This document shows, piece by piece, positions 36,758 through 47,324 of a DNA stretch of 64,000 bases. Where the stretch lies: IMG/VR virus record IMGVR_UViG_3300020204_000005; one strand, given 5' to 3'. The notes under the pieces were generated by a model that saw only the letters and a program-made list of their open reading frames with translations, was not told where the DNA came from and did not search any database. Numbering within the stretch: the first letter of the stretch is position 1; each line of letters opens with the position of its first letter. Both the position numbers and the translations under genes were made by a program. Source of the DNA: a virus.

Positions 36758-38113
36758 ATGGGAAATTTGAGACCAATTGGTAGTGAAAAACTACAAGGAA
36801 TGGACAAAATAAATCGTATTTTACAAATAGCGAAATATAATGAGCATATCCCAACTCCAATCAATGAGAATAAATCTTTGGAGTATCAAAAAACATTATC
36901 AGATGGTAATACATATGTTATTGTAAAGGAGAATAATGGTTACATAATTAAAAAGGGGTTGAATGAATCGGTTGCTGATTATATGGAATCAATGAAAGAT
37001 AGAAAATACTACCCATCATATTCTCAAGCTCTTAAGAGATTAAACATTATGGCCAAGGAAATTAATTCTTCTGAAGGTTATATTAAAAATATTTCTTTAT
37101 TTGAAAGTGAGGATGATGTGGAAGAAAAATATTTTCTTAAGTTAGATGGTGGTGAAACTAATGAACAGGATGTTCCCGCTCCTGCTCCTGCACCCGCACC
37201 CGCTCCTGCACCCGCTCCTGCACCCGCTCCTGAAGCACCTGTAGATGCTGATATGGGAGGTGCTGATATGCCAGATGAAGAACCTGAAGATGACATGGAT
37301 ATGCCAGATGAAGAACCTGAAGATGATGAAGATGTTACGTTTAAAATGATTCAAAAACTAACAGGTAAATTGGCTCAAAAAATTAGAACTTTTATGGAAG
37401 ACGAAGAAAATGAAATGTCTTCTAAAGATATTAAATATGTAATTAACTCCGTAGTTTCCGCAATTGATTTAGATTCATTAGAAGATGACGATTTAGATGA
37501 AATTATTTCTAAATTAGAAGGTGAAGAAGAAGGTGAAGAAGAAGGTGAAGAAGAAGGTGAAGAAGGTGGTGAACCAATGCCGTCACCTGAAATGCCGTCA
37601 CCTGAAGTGGCTCCCGCACCTCCAGCGGCACCTGCGACGGGTGAAGTTGCCGAGTATGATGACTTAGACGATGGTAAAGAATTTGTTGATGATATTTTTA
37701 GTGAAGAGGAAGATTATGAAAATTACGGTAAAAATCGTGGTTATAGAGGTAAGAAACACAGGTTTACAGAACTTGGAGAAGATGAGTCAGGTGCGGTAGA
37801 AGGAATGATTGAAGGTTTATTTAGTGAGTCTAAAGTCGACAACATTTTGAAAAAATATTTTAGAGTTGATGAAAAGGAGAGAGTTATCTTAGAAGAAAAG
37901 AAAAAACAAAAAAGTGTTTTAGCTGAAAAAACAAATAAAAATATTGTTAGGATTAAAAATTTATCTGAGACAGTTGCTCAAGAGATATCATCAAGTAAGT
38001 TAATTAAAAAATACCCAAATTTAAAGTTTGTTGGAAAGTCACAACAAAATAATTTAATATTTGAGAATAATAGTAGAAGAATTAAAGTAACTCCTAAAGG
38101 AAGTATTTTATGA
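36758..38113 (+). CDS. Acidic, Pro/Ala-rich low-complexity late protein
   Basis: (PA)n, MPDEEPEDD x2, EGEE x4; TATTTATAAATA at 36718-36729. Confidence 0.7.
   Translation: MGNLRPIGSEKLQGMDKINRILQIAKYNEHIPTPINENKSLEYQKTLSDGNTYVIVKENNGYIIKKGLNESVADYMESMKDRKYYPSYSQALKRLNIMAKEINSSEGYIKNISLFESEDDVEEKYFLKLDGGETNEQDVPAPAPAPAPAPAPAPAPAPEAPVDADMGGADMPDEEPEDDMDMPDEEPEDDEDVTFKMIQKLTGKLAQKIRTFMEDEENEMSSKDIKYVINSVVSAIDLDSLEDDDLDEIISKLEGEEEGEEEGEEEGEEGGEPMPSPEMPSPEVAPAPPAAPATGEVAEYDDLDDGKEFVDDIFSEEEDYENYGKNRGYRGKKHRFTELGEDESGAVEGMIEGLFSESKVDNILKKYFRVDEKERVILEEKKKQKSVLAEKTNKNIVRIKNLSETVAQEISSSKLIKKYPNLKFVGKSQQNNLIFENNSRRIKVTPKGSIL
37176..37230 (+). repeat. 6-nt coding tandem repeat (Pro-Ala)n
   Basis: CCTGCT/CCCGCA-type units encoding PAPAPA. 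Confidence 0.85.
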
Positions 38114-38520
38114 GTTATTTAATTTATGTAAATGAATTAGGTGCAAATTATAAAGGGGAAACAACTTATGAATTCATTTTCTCCGATAATTTGGAAAATG
38201 TATGGGGAGATTCTTGGGAATCAAAACCATCGAATGGTTACCCATCTCCACCCGATTTAGATTACATAGAAAAAGTTGGAGTTTTGAAGACAGATAAGAC
38301 AACATTATCAGTTATTCAAAACTCTGATTACTTTTCAATGGTTGACGCAATTGATAGAGTTATAGCGTTGGCGTGGGAAGATGAAAACGAAACAACCAAT
38401 TTTGACTTAGTTAAAAGATTGGTATTTAGTTTTGGTCAAACTGAAGACTCCGTAAAAGATAAATTATATGAACGAGATTTCGTTCTTGAATTTGAGAAGA
38501 AAGTGGTTTATGAAAAATAA
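38110..38520 (+). CDS. Hypothetical protein
   Basis: ORF track; overlapping operon organisation. Confidence 0.7.
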   Translation: MSYLIYVNELGANYKGETTYEFIFSDNLENVWGDSWESKPSNGYPSPPDLDYIEKVGVLKTDKTTLSVIQNSDYFSMVDAIDRVIALAWEDENETTNFDLVKRLVFSFGQTEDSVKDKLYERDFVLEFEKKVVYEK

Positions 38521-39496
38521 TAAAAAAATACTATCTTTGTTAAACCATGGGTTTAAAGGTTCGTTACTTAATACGCTAAACGAAGCTCAAATCAATTCAA
38601 TGTATAGTAGATTAGTTGAAAATAAAAAAGAAACTAAAGAACAACAAATTGTAAACACTCAAACAATGGTTTTTGATTCTTCTAAAGAAGACCAAAAGGC
38701 TAAATTAAATCAAATGTTAAAAGACCCTTCTAAATTACAAGGTCAAAACATAGAAGTTAAAGAAGATGAAGAATCAGATATTAATTGGGGATTAACAGGT
38801 CATGACCAAGAACCAATTCAAAAAGGACCTACAGGTGACGGGGACCCAAATTCAATCCAAGAGAAAGAATTAATGGAAAAATTCGTATCTAAAAAACAAC
38901 AAAAATATTTTTTTGCGAAATGTGGTGATGGAAAAACAAAAGAAGAAAAAAAATGGTGTAAAATGGCTGAAGAATTTGCGGAAAAAACAAATTTTAAAAA
39001 ACTACCTAAAACTAAAAAGAAAGAAACCAAAGAAGAATTCACCATGAAAAATTATTTGGATAAAGTGGGTAGTGCTTATGCAAATAACATGAAAGGACAA
39101 TTAAGTAAAATGGCAAAAGAAAGTATCAATAAAAAAGAGTTAGAAAAAGGTATTATGTCTTTGGTTGAAAAACATATTACACCTAAAATGAGTAAAAGGG
39201 ATTTACTAAATTTGGTTTTTGAACAAGGAACTAAAGAAAAGGAGAGAACTAAGGAAAAAGAAAAAACTAAAAGCCCTGAACGTGATAATCCGTATGCTCC
39301 TAAACCTGGACCAAAGAAAAGTCCAAAAGCGGGAGATACCAAGATTGCACCTCCAATACCTAAAACACCTACAAAACCTGGTAAACCTGATACAAATACC
39401 CCATATAACCCTAAAGTTAAACCCGCACCAAAAGCTGACAAGGGAAAACTACCTAATTGGTTGACATTTGATGCTATTGGAATTAATCTAAAATAA
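38510..39496 (+). CDS. Hypothetical late protein with Lys/Pro-rich C-terminus
   Basis: Start moved to 38510; LMEKFVSKKQQKYFFAKC motif. Confidence 0.7.
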   Translation: MKNNKKILSLLNHGFKGSLLNTLNEAQINSMYSRLVENKKETKEQQIVNTQTMVFDSSKEDQKAKLNQMLKDPSKLQGQNIEVKEDEESDINWGLTGHDQEPIQKGPTGDGDPNSIQEKELMEKFVSKKQQKYFFAKCGDGKTKEEKKWCKMAEEFAEKTNFKKLPKTKKKETKEEFTMKNYLDKVGSAYANNMKGQLSKMAKESINKKELEKGIMSLVEKHITPKMSKRDLLNLVFEQGTKEKERTKEKEKTKSPERDNPYAPKPGPKKSPKAGDTKIAPPIPKTPTKPGKPDTNTPYNPKVKPAPKADKGKLPNWLTFDAIGINLK

Positions 39497-39497
39497 G

Positions 39498-40841
39498 ATG
39501 AGTGTTAATTATAAAATGGAAAAAATATTAAGAGCAAAAACTAATTTAGAAAAAAAATTAGTTAGAGAAGGTTTAACTTATAATGAGAAATCATTATTAA
39601 ATGAAATCAAAAAAAGTTTAACTGAGGCACCCATAGATTATGAAGGTCCTGAAAGAATGGGTCAGGATGTTGAGAGAAAAATAACACAGAGAGAGACTCC
39701 ATTTCATGGTCACCCCGCAATACCTCAAGAACAAAGAGATTTTATCGAGGTGATTGCATCAAAAAGATTTAAAGACTCAGTTGATAAAGTAAGAAGATTT
39801 TTAGGTAATACCCAACCTCTACAAGGACCAAACTCTTTTATGAACTTGATGATGATGGGTATGCAATCATTACAACAAATTTCATCTATTGAATCAAGAA
39901 ATAAACAAAGACTTGAAGAATTAGCGGTTGAGTTGGTTAAAAAAGAAATGGGGATTCCTGAAGGAGCTTTACAATTCGACGCCGAATTAGTTAGTGGACC
40001 TATGAGTGCCGCTCAAGGGATGCAAACCCAATCACAAAATCCTTCTGAAGATGAGATTAAAGATGCTTTTAAAGAAGGTGAAGAACATACCGAAGATTTA
40101 TTAAACTTTGTAGATGAGTTCGAAAAATTCAATTTAGAGAAAGCAAAAAGACGATTTATAAATTCTTTAATACAAGGTGCGGCGTTCAAGGGTGGACACA
40201 TGTATGTCTTGGCGGCTGATGAAATAAACAATATTGACCCAAGATTATTACAGATGTATGGTGTTAACCAATCATTAATGGAACATCTATATTGGGTTTT
40301 CCCTGATATGGAAAATATGGCGGGTTCGGGAGGTGGACAATTAGGTCAAAGTGAAATTGATGATGAGACCGACCCACCAACAGTAAAGGCTAGGGCAGGT
40401 ACTTTTCCGTTATTAATTCATGAATTGGTAAAAGGTGTTTATGAAGTATTTGGTACTCACGGATTACCTGATGACCCAAGACAACAAGAAATGGTTATGG
40501 GTTCTGAAGATACATTACCTGCTGAGATTTGGGATTCAAGATTAGGACCTATTTTTTGGGAAAAATTTGTTGCGACATACCCGATAGAATTATTCGAGGA
40601 TGATATGAAACACATCCAACATTATCTATTTATGAGATTTTCTAAATTAGATGCGAATGAATTCTTTAGAGTTGCCAAACTTATATTACAAGGAGACCCT
40701 AAAGGACAACAATTCATTCAAAGGATGGTTGATGAAATAGTTTCAGAATTAAAAAAACAAGAATATGAAAGAAGTATGAATCAATATGACGATGACGATG
40801 ATGATTATGACGATATCGACCTTTCACAATTAGGATTATAA
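39498..40841 (+). CDS. Hypothetical protein upstream of terminase
   Basis: 447-aa ORF; SLTE|A site. Confidence 0.7.
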   Translation: MSVNYKMEKILRAKTNLEKKLVREGLTYNEKSLLNEIKKSLTEAPIDYEGPERMGQDVERKITQRETPFHGHPAIPQEQRDFIEVIASKRFKDSVDKVRRFLGNTQPLQGPNSFMNLMMMGMQSLQQISSIESRNKQRLEELAVELVKKEMGIPEGALQFDAELVSGPMSAAQGMQTQSQNPSEDEIKDAFKEGEEHTEDLLNFVDEFEKFNLEKAKRRFINSLIQGAAFKGGHMYVLAADEINNIDPRLLQMYGVNQSLMEHLYWVFPDMENMAGSGGGQLGQSEIDDETDPPTVKARAGTFPLLIHELVKGVYEVFGTHGLPDDPRQQEMVMGSEDTLPAEIWDSRLGPIFWEKFVATYPIELFEDDMKHIQHYLFMRFSKLDANEFFRVAKLILQGDPKGQQFIQRMVDEIVSELKKQEYERSMNQYDDDDDDYDDIDLSQLGL

Positions 40842-40916
40842 AATACAAAACAACAAAAATAAACCCTCATTTATTAAATTAAGTGAGGGTTTTAATATTT
40901 ATAGTAAAATAGTTTT

Positions 40917-42692
40917 ATGAGTTTAACAAAAGAACAACTTCTTTTAGAGTATGTTAAGTGTATGAGAGATACTCCATACGCATTAAGAACCTATTTGCAA
41001 ACATATGACAATACAGTATCAAAATATGTACCGTTAGAATTATTTCCAGACCAAGTAACATTACTTGAAGACTATGAGCAGTATAACGAAAATATCGCAT
41101 TAAAGTACAGACAGGCAGGTGTATCAACAGTTACAGGTGCTTGGATTTCTAAAAAATTAGTTTTTGCTAAAAAAGAAAAACCTGAAAAGATTCTTATTAT
41201 CGCTAACAAATTGGACACTTCTATTGAAATGGCAAATAAAATTAGAATGTTCGTTAGCCAATGGCCGTCTTGGACGGGTGTTGACATTGACCCTAATAAA
41301 AAATCAACTAAACATTACAAATTAACCAATGGGTGTGAGGTTAAGGCGGTTGCAACATCTAAAGACGCCTTACGAGGATTTACACCTACTGTACTTGTAT
41401 TTGATGAGGCGGCTTTTATCGAAGCGGACAGTGATTTTTGGGCGGCTTGTATGGCCTCATTATCTACGGGAGGTAAAGTAATCGTAGTTTCCACACCTAA
41501 CGGATACGACCCAATCTATTATGAAATTTATGACCAATCATTACGTAACATGAACGATTTTAAGATTACTGAAATGTATTGGTTTAGAGACCCAAGATAT
41601 ACCAAAGATTTATTCTTTATTAAAACTGAAAGTATAATACACTACTTATTAAATAAAGAAGAATATAATGAATCTGATTTTATAAAGTGGGAAGAAAAAC
41701 CTTTTGAGAATAGGGATTATAAAGAAGTAAAAGAGTTAATGAATCAAGGTTATAAACCATGTTCTACTTGGTTTGAGAACATGGTCAAAAAACTTAAGTA
41801 TGATAAGAGAAAAGTATCTCAAGAGTTAGAATGTAACTTTTTAGGTTCGGGTGATAACGTATTCGATTCTTTAATGTTACAAAAAATTAAAGAGAATTCT
41901 ATTAAACCCCCGACAAACAAAATGATGGGTAATGCTTTATGGATATGGAAAGAACCCATTGTAGGTCACAAATATGTTATGGGAGTTGATGTATCAAGAG
42001 GAGATAGTGAAGATTTTAGTTGTTTCCAAATCATTGATTTTGATAATAGAGAACAAGTTGCAGAATACGTTGGTAAATTACCTCCTGACACAATGGCTGA
42101 GATATGTTATAAATGGGCCAACATGTATTCTTGTTTTGTGGTGATTGATATTACAGGTGGTATGGGTGTTTCTACCGCAAGGAAAATGCAAGAAATGGGT
42201 TATAAAAATTTATACGTTGATGGTATTGATGTTTCTAATAAATGGAAGTATGACCCTAAAGCATTAGAAAAAATCCCTGGAATAAATTTTAATAATAAAC
42301 GTGTACAGATAATTGCTTCATTTGAGGAGGTAATGAGACATGAGTTTAAAATATACAGTTCCCGTTTATTTAACGAGATGAATACATTTGTATATATTAA
42401 CGGAAGACCTGACCACCAAAAAGGTCATCACGATGACCTTATTATGGGTATTGCCATGGCAACCTATGTTGCTGAATCGTCATTTAGTAATTTAACAAAA
42501 GTAACTGAACATACTAAAGCAATGATTGATTCATGGTCGGTTAGTAATAATGAAAATGTATCACAACAAATAGCGTTTAATCCCGTGATACCGCATTACA
42601 ATGAAAGAATATCACAATTTAATTCAGGTCATATACCAAGAGAAGAATATATGAAACACGCTTGGTTATTTGGTGGTAGACAATATTTATAA
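40917..42692 (+). CDS. terL: Terminase large subunit (T4 gp17-like)
   Basis: KYRQAGVST (Walker A), LVFDEAAF (Walker B), VSTPNG, GVDVSRG, HDDLIM nuclease motifs. Confidence 0.95.
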   Translation: MSLTKEQLLLEYVKCMRDTPYALRTYLQTYDNTVSKYVPLELFPDQVTLLEDYEQYNENIALKYRQAGVSTVTGAWISKKLVFAKKEKPEKILIIANKLDTSIEMANKIRMFVSQWPSWTGVDIDPNKKSTKHYKLTNGCEVKAVATSKDALRGFTPTVLVFDEAAFIEADSDFWAACMASLSTGGKVIVVSTPNGYDPIYYEIYDQSLRNMNDFKITEMYWFRDPRYTKDLFFIKTESIIHYLLNKEEYNESDFIKWEEKPFENRDYKEVKELMNQGYKPCSTWFENMVKKLKYDKRKVSQELECNFLGSGDNVFDSLMLQKIKENSIKPPTNKMMGNALWIWKEPIVGHKYVMGVDVSRGDSEDFSCFQIIDFDNREQVAEYVGKLPPDTMAEICYKWANMYSCFVVIDITGGMGVSTARKMQEMGYKNLYVDGIDVSNKWKYDPKALEKIPGINFNNKRVQIIASFEEVMRHEFKIYSSRLFNEMNTFVYINGRPDHQKGHHDDLIMGIAMATYVAESSFSNLTKVTEHTKAMIDSWSVSNNENVSQQIAFNPVIPHYNERISQFNSGHIPREEYMKHAWLFGGRQYL

Positions 42693-42704
42693 TAAAATAA
42701 AACT

Positions 42705-42854
42705 ATGGGTCTAACAAGTAGAAAAAGGTCGGGTAAAAAATTTAATGGAAGTAAGCTAAATGTTCCTGGTCAAGGAATTAGTTCTGTTAAACCTGGCGGT
42801 GATAATAAAATAAATCAACAAAAAGGTAGTGATAGTAAAGGTAATAATCAATAA
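42705..42854 (+). CDS. Small basic protein, 49 aa (not in ORF track)
   Basis: MGLTSRKRSGKKFNGSKLNVPGQGISSVKPGGDNKINQQKGSDSKGNNQ; TATTTAT upstream. Confidence 0.55.
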   Translation: MGLTSRKRSGKKFNGSKLNVPGQGISSVKPGGDNKINQQKGSDSKGNNQ

Positions 42855-42892
42855 CTATTTATATTACTTCTGTTTGTGATTAAATTAATTAT

Positions 42893-44701
42893 ATGGAAAA
42901 TAATAACAATAATCTAACGGTTTGGCAAAGGTTGTCCCATGCACTCGGACCCAATGCCTTATTGAATCAAGATTACCCAACGTACAAATTTGATAAAAAA
43001 GATTTATTAAAAACTACTTCAAAACAAGAATACGATAGAGAGTTATTACAAGCTCAACAAACTATGTATTTGTCGGGTCAATGGACCAAGATTGAAAGTA
43101 ACTTATATACTCAGGCGGTCTATTACGAACCAACAAGGTTAGCATCATTTTATGATTATGAATCTATGGAATACACTCCTGAGATTTCAGCCGCGTTAGA
43201 TATATACGGTGAAGAATCAACAACTGTTGACCAAAATGGTTATATGTTACAAATTTATTCGGAATCTAAACGTATTAAAGGAATATTAGCCGATTTATTT
43301 AACAATGTGTTAGATATTAATACTAATTTACCAATGTGGACAAGAAACACATGTAAATATGGTGATAATTTTGTTTACTTAAAATTAGATTCAGAAAAAG
43401 GTGTGGTTGGTTGTATGCAATTACCAAATATCGAAATTGAAAGACTAGAGAGAGGTATGCCTGCACAAGCAACAAGACAGAATATTGAGGAGCCTGCAGA
43501 GAATAAAGGTCTTAGATTTAAATGGAAAATTAAAGACATGGAATTTAATGCTTGGGAGATAGCACATTTTAGATTGTTAGGTGACGATAGAAAACTTCCA
43601 TACGGAACATCTATGTTAGAAAAGGCAAGACGTATTTGGAAACAATTATTATTATCTGAAGACGCTATGTTAATTTATAGAACATCAAGAGCGCCTGAAA
43701 GAAGAGTATTTAAAGTTTTTGTCGGTAATATGGATGACAAAGACGTTGAGGCATACGTACAAAGAGTTGCCAATAAATTTAAAAGAAATCAAATAGTAGA
43801 TGACAAAACAGGTAATGTTGATTTAAGATTTAATCAGATGGCCGTAGACCAAGATTATTTTATTCCTGTTCGTGACCCTGCACAAGCATCACCTATTGAC
43901 ACTTTACCTGGGGCTCAAAATTTAGCTGAAATTGCTGATATTGAATATATTCAGAAAAAATTATTAACCGCATTACGAGTACCTAAAGCGTTTTTAGGAT
44001 TTGAAGAACCTGTTGGTGAAGGTAAAAATTTATCGTTACAAGATATTCGTTTTGCAAGAACTATTAATAGAATACAAAAATGTATGATTGCAGAATTAAA
44101 TAAAATTGCGATTATACATTTATTTCTGTTAGGTTTTGAAGATGAGTTAGGTAATTTTACATTAGGATTAACTAACCCATCAACACAAGCTGATTTATTA
44201 AAAGTTGACGTTTGGAAAGAAAAAATATTATTATATAAAGACGCAGTAACCGCAATAGAAGGTATTGCTCCTGTATCAGTTTCATGGGCCAAAAAACATA
44301 TTTTAGGTTTCTCAGATGAAGAAATAAAACTTGATTTACAACAACAAAGAATTGAAAAGGCCGTTGGTGCTGAATTAACTAATACTGCAACAATTATAAG
44401 TCACACAGGTTTATTTGATAATGTTGATAAACTTTATGGTTCCAAGTCAGGTGATACTGCGGGAGGAGGGGCCGCCCCACCACCTCCAGGCGGGGGGGAT
44501 ATGGGAGCACCTACACCACCTCCTGGACCTGAACCTGGCGGTGATGCGGGAGTAACCCCTGAATCATTAAATAGAGATAATTTAAAAATATTACTAGAAT
44601 CTGATTCTTTAACTGACGATGGTTCCTACATAGATTTATCCAAAGCGAAAAATTCTTTGGGTGAAATTGAGGATAGATTGAATAAACTTTTAGGTGATTG
44701 A
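42893..44701 (+). CDS. Portal protein (T4 gp20-like)
   Basis: YGTSMLEKARRIWKQL...EDAMLIYRTSRAPERRVF, DYFIPVR, LRVPKAFL. Confidence 0.95.
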   Translation: MENNNNNLTVWQRLSHALGPNALLNQDYPTYKFDKKDLLKTTSKQEYDRELLQAQQTMYLSGQWTKIESNLYTQAVYYEPTRLASFYDYESMEYTPEISAALDIYGEESTTVDQNGYMLQIYSESKRIKGILADLFNNVLDINTNLPMWTRNTCKYGDNFVYLKLDSEKGVVGCMQLPNIEIERLERGMPAQATRQNIEEPAENKGLRFKWKIKDMEFNAWEIAHFRLLGDDRKLPYGTSMLEKARRIWKQLLLSEDAMLIYRTSRAPERRVFKVFVGNMDDKDVEAYVQRVANKFKRNQIVDDKTGNVDLRFNQMAVDQDYFIPVRDPAQASPIDTLPGAQNLAEIADIEYIQKKLLTALRVPKAFLGFEEPVGEGKNLSLQDIRFARTINRIQKCMIAELNKIAIIHLFLLGFEDELGNFTLGLTNPSTQADLLKVDVWKEKILLYKDAVTAIEGIAPVSVSWAKKHILGFSDEEIKLDLQQQRIEKAVGAELTNTATIISHTGLFDNVDKLYGSKSGDTAGGGAAPPPPGGGDMGAPTPPPGPEPGGDAGVTPESLNRDNLKILLESDSLTDDGSYIDLSKAKNSLGEIEDRLNKLLGD

Positions 44702-44723
44702 TATTTATAATAAAAAATACAAG

Positions 44724-45440
44724 ATGGTTAAGTTTGGATTATTAAAATCAAAGATAGAAAAAGTATTAGTTGAGTCGTACTCAAATGATACTTTTAAAGA
44801 AGAATTGAAAAGATTTAAAGTATATGTTTTAGAGAATAAAAACATTAGTAAATTATTTTATCTTTATGACGAATTAAATTATAAAAGAGGGTTAAATGAT
44901 ATCCTTGCAAATGATTATATAAATGAATGTATAACCATTTACGAAAACACAATTAATAAAGTTAAAGAAAAAGATATTTTAAGATTAAAAAATTGGGTAA
45001 GTAACGTCAATTCAAACAACGACTATCCTGAAATTGATAGTTTATTTTCCACTGATGTTTTAACAATTGAATCTAAAATAAAAAGTAAAAAAATAATTAA
45101 AGAATCGTTAACAAAACCAAAACCTATACAAAAAGAATATGTTCATCTACCATTAAGTACTATGGTTGGAATAGCAAATAAAACAATTTCTAGTTACGTT
45201 GAAAGTTTAAATGAATCTGAAAAGAAAGAATTAATTGATTTTTTAAACACTGACGATTCATCTCTAAATAATGATTTTAATGAGGTTAAAAATCAGGTAA
45301 TTAATAAATTATCAAATCTTAAAAAAGGTTCCGATTCGGAAACATTATCCCGAATAAACGAAACTATCGAGAGAGTATCATCAGAAAAATGTAACAAGTT
45401 TACACTATTCAAACTGAAAAAACTAAAAGAAAATCTTTAA
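44724..45440 (+). CDS. Hypothetical head-module protein
   Basis: ATATTTAT at 44701-44708; start moved to 44724. Confidence 0.7.
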   Translation: MVKFGLLKSKIEKVLVESYSNDTFKEELKRFKVYVLENKNISKLFYLYDELNYKRGLNDILANDYINECITIYENTINKVKEKDILRLKNWVSNVNSNNDYPEIDSLFSTDVLTIESKIKSKKIIKESLTKPKPIQKEYVHLPLSTMVGIANKTISSYVESLNESEKKELIDFLNTDDSSLNNDFNEVKNQVINKLSNLKKGSDSETLSRINETIERVSSEKCNKFTLFKLKKLKENL

Positions 45441-45631
45441 TCTAAATTAGATTTAAATTTTTGTTGTACGTATTTAGCTTTTTGAAGTTCCTGTCTTTTT
45501 ATAACTGATTTCTTTATAAAAGTTTTTCTATTATTTAATTCAGACATTTGTCTTATCTTAATAATTTTACTTTTGTATTGTTTTAGAGCTTTCTCTATTG
45601 AGTTTTTATTATCCACTTTAACTATTATCAT
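45437..45631 (-). CDS. rpsU: Ribosomal protein bS21
   Basis: MIIVKV...SIEKALKQYKSK...ELNNRKTFIKKSVIKR; 64 aa, basic. Confidence 0.85.
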   Translation of the reverse strand: MIIVKVDNKNSIEKALKQYKSKIIKIRQMSELNNRKTFIKKSVIKRQELQKAKYVQQKFKSNLD

Positions 45632-45723
45632 ATACTACATATATCTTAAAAATTTTCTTTTTTTGACTATTGATACAAATATACTTATTTTTTTGAAAAA
45701 TAAACTTAAAAATATGGAATTTA

Positions 45724-46170
45724 ATGAAAAAGGGGAAAACCTCAAAAATCGCAGGGTTCAGAACTGCCAAAGTTATTTATGGTACAGTGGACTCATTTAA
45801 TCTAAGGTCACTGTATTTAAACATTCAAACATGGGTAGAACCAATTATAGACTCGGAAAATTGGAGTCGAGTCGTACAAAATCTAAGTAGAACAATAAAA
45901 CATGTTGTGTTAGATTCATTAGATAAATCAATCTTTGATGATAAATTTATTGTTGATTTAGATTTAAGGTCGAGTGGGTTAACATTAGGAAAAAAATCAT
46001 TTCTTAACCTTGAAATAAATTTATACTTAAAGGAAGAAGGTATTGATTTTAAATCAAATAGTTTAAGAGGTTCACTAAAAAAATTATCCCGAGACGTTTT
46101 CCAAAAAGGATTTTTAGAGAGTAGGTATTTCACCTATTATTTAAGCAAAAAAGATAAAGTAAAAGTATAA
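45724..46170 (+). CDS. Hypothetical protein
   Basis: ORF track. Confidence 0.7.
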   Translation: MKKGKTSKIAGFRTAKVIYGTVDSFNLRSLYLNIQTWVEPIIDSENWSRVVQNLSRTIKHVVLDSLDKSIFDDKFIVDLDLRSSGLTLGKKSFLNLEINLYLKEEGIDFKSNSLRGSLKKLSRDVFQKGFLESRYFTYYLSKKDKVKV

Positions 46171-46206
46171 ACTCAAATACTTCAATATTTATAATTAAAA
46201 TTGACA

Positions 46207-46932
46207 ATGAGTTTACAAATAATACAACCAGGCCAAGTAGGTAAAGGAATTCTTATCGAATATGACGCAGGATTTATTAATCCTAAAGATAAGTATAATT
46301 CTGAACTAATCAGAGAATCCAAAAATTTCATGGACCATACAAAACCTTTTGAATTTTATGCAGTATTACAAAAATATAATACACCAAATAGGAACGGTAG
46401 AATTTACCCTGAAAGGATTTTAAAAAGAGAAGCTGATAATTACAAAAAAATGATTGAAAAGGGGACATCATTATCTGAATTGAATCACCCTGAATCTTCT
46501 CTTATAGACTTAGATAGAGTATCTCATATTATAACTGATGTATGGTGGGATGGACCAATATTAATGGGTAAATTAAAATTACTTACAAGCCCAGGATTTC
46601 ATGAAAGAGGTGTGTGTTCCACAAAAGGTGATTTAGCGGCAAACTATTTAAGACAAGGGGTAACTCTTGGTATTTCTTCTCGTGGGGTAGGTTCATTAAA
46701 AAAGGTTGGGGAACAAAATGAAGTGCAGGATGATTTTGAATTGATTTGTTTTGATTTAGTTTCGTCACCATCAACACCTGGGGCTTATTTATTTTTAAAT
46801 CCTGAAGACAAAAATAATTTCGAGGAAAATCTTGATGAGGAGAAAAAAATGTCAATTGAAAGAAATGTTGGACAGTCAGGAAATAAATCACTTGACTTAA
46901 TGAGAAAGTTATCCGATTATTTAGGATACTAA
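46207..46932 (+). CDS. Prohead core protease (T4 gp21-like)
   Basis: NRNGRIYP, ELNHP, GISSRGVGS, FDLVSSPSTPGAY. Confidence 0.95.
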   Translation: MSLQIIQPGQVGKGILIEYDAGFINPKDKYNSELIRESKNFMDHTKPFEFYAVLQKYNTPNRNGRIYPERILKREADNYKKMIEKGTSLSELNHPESSLIDLDRVSHIITDVWWDGPILMGKLKLLTSPGFHERGVCSTKGDLAANYLRQGVTLGISSRGVGSLKKVGEQNEVQDDFELICFDLVSSPSTPGAYLFLNPEDKNNFEENLDEEKKMSIERNVGQSGNKSLDLMRKLSDYLGY

Positions 46933-46944
46933 AAAAATTTATTT

Positions 46945-47154
46945 ATGGACGAAAAATATTTCATTGCCCGAGTTACCATTGATATGGTAGATTCAGAATC
47001 AGGTAAAGTAAAAAAACAAAAAGAAGAAAAGTTAGTTAAGGGTTATAACCCAACTGATGTTGAAGCTAAAATTACTAAGGTGTTTGAGCATTATACACAA
47101 GATTGGCGAATAACCGCTATTGTTGAAAGTAAAATAGATGAGGTGATAGAATAA
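46945..47154 (+). CDS. Small hypothetical protein
   Basis: ORF track; followed by a terminator at ~47183-47209. Confidence 0.7.
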   Translation: MDEKYFIARVTIDMVDSESGKVKKQKEEKLVKGYNPTDVEAKITKVFEHYTQDWRITAIVESKIDEVIE

Positions 47155-47324
47155 TTAGATTTCAATAGTTTAATTAACATAGAAAAGGGGGTCAATAGAC
47201 CTCCTTTTTGTTTTTTGTCAAAAATAGAAATATTTATGGAATATAAAAACTAATTGTTGAAACAGTTAAAAATAAAACTTTTTTAACAATTGGTAATATT
47301 TATTATAAAAATAAAAAACGCAAA

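Noticed and set aside
28975-45631. Bacterial chromosomal origin suggested by ssrA, clpC, peptidase and rpsU
   Set aside because: These genes are interleaved with terminase, portal, prohead protease and MCP of T4-like type, and lack their usual chromosomal neighbours.
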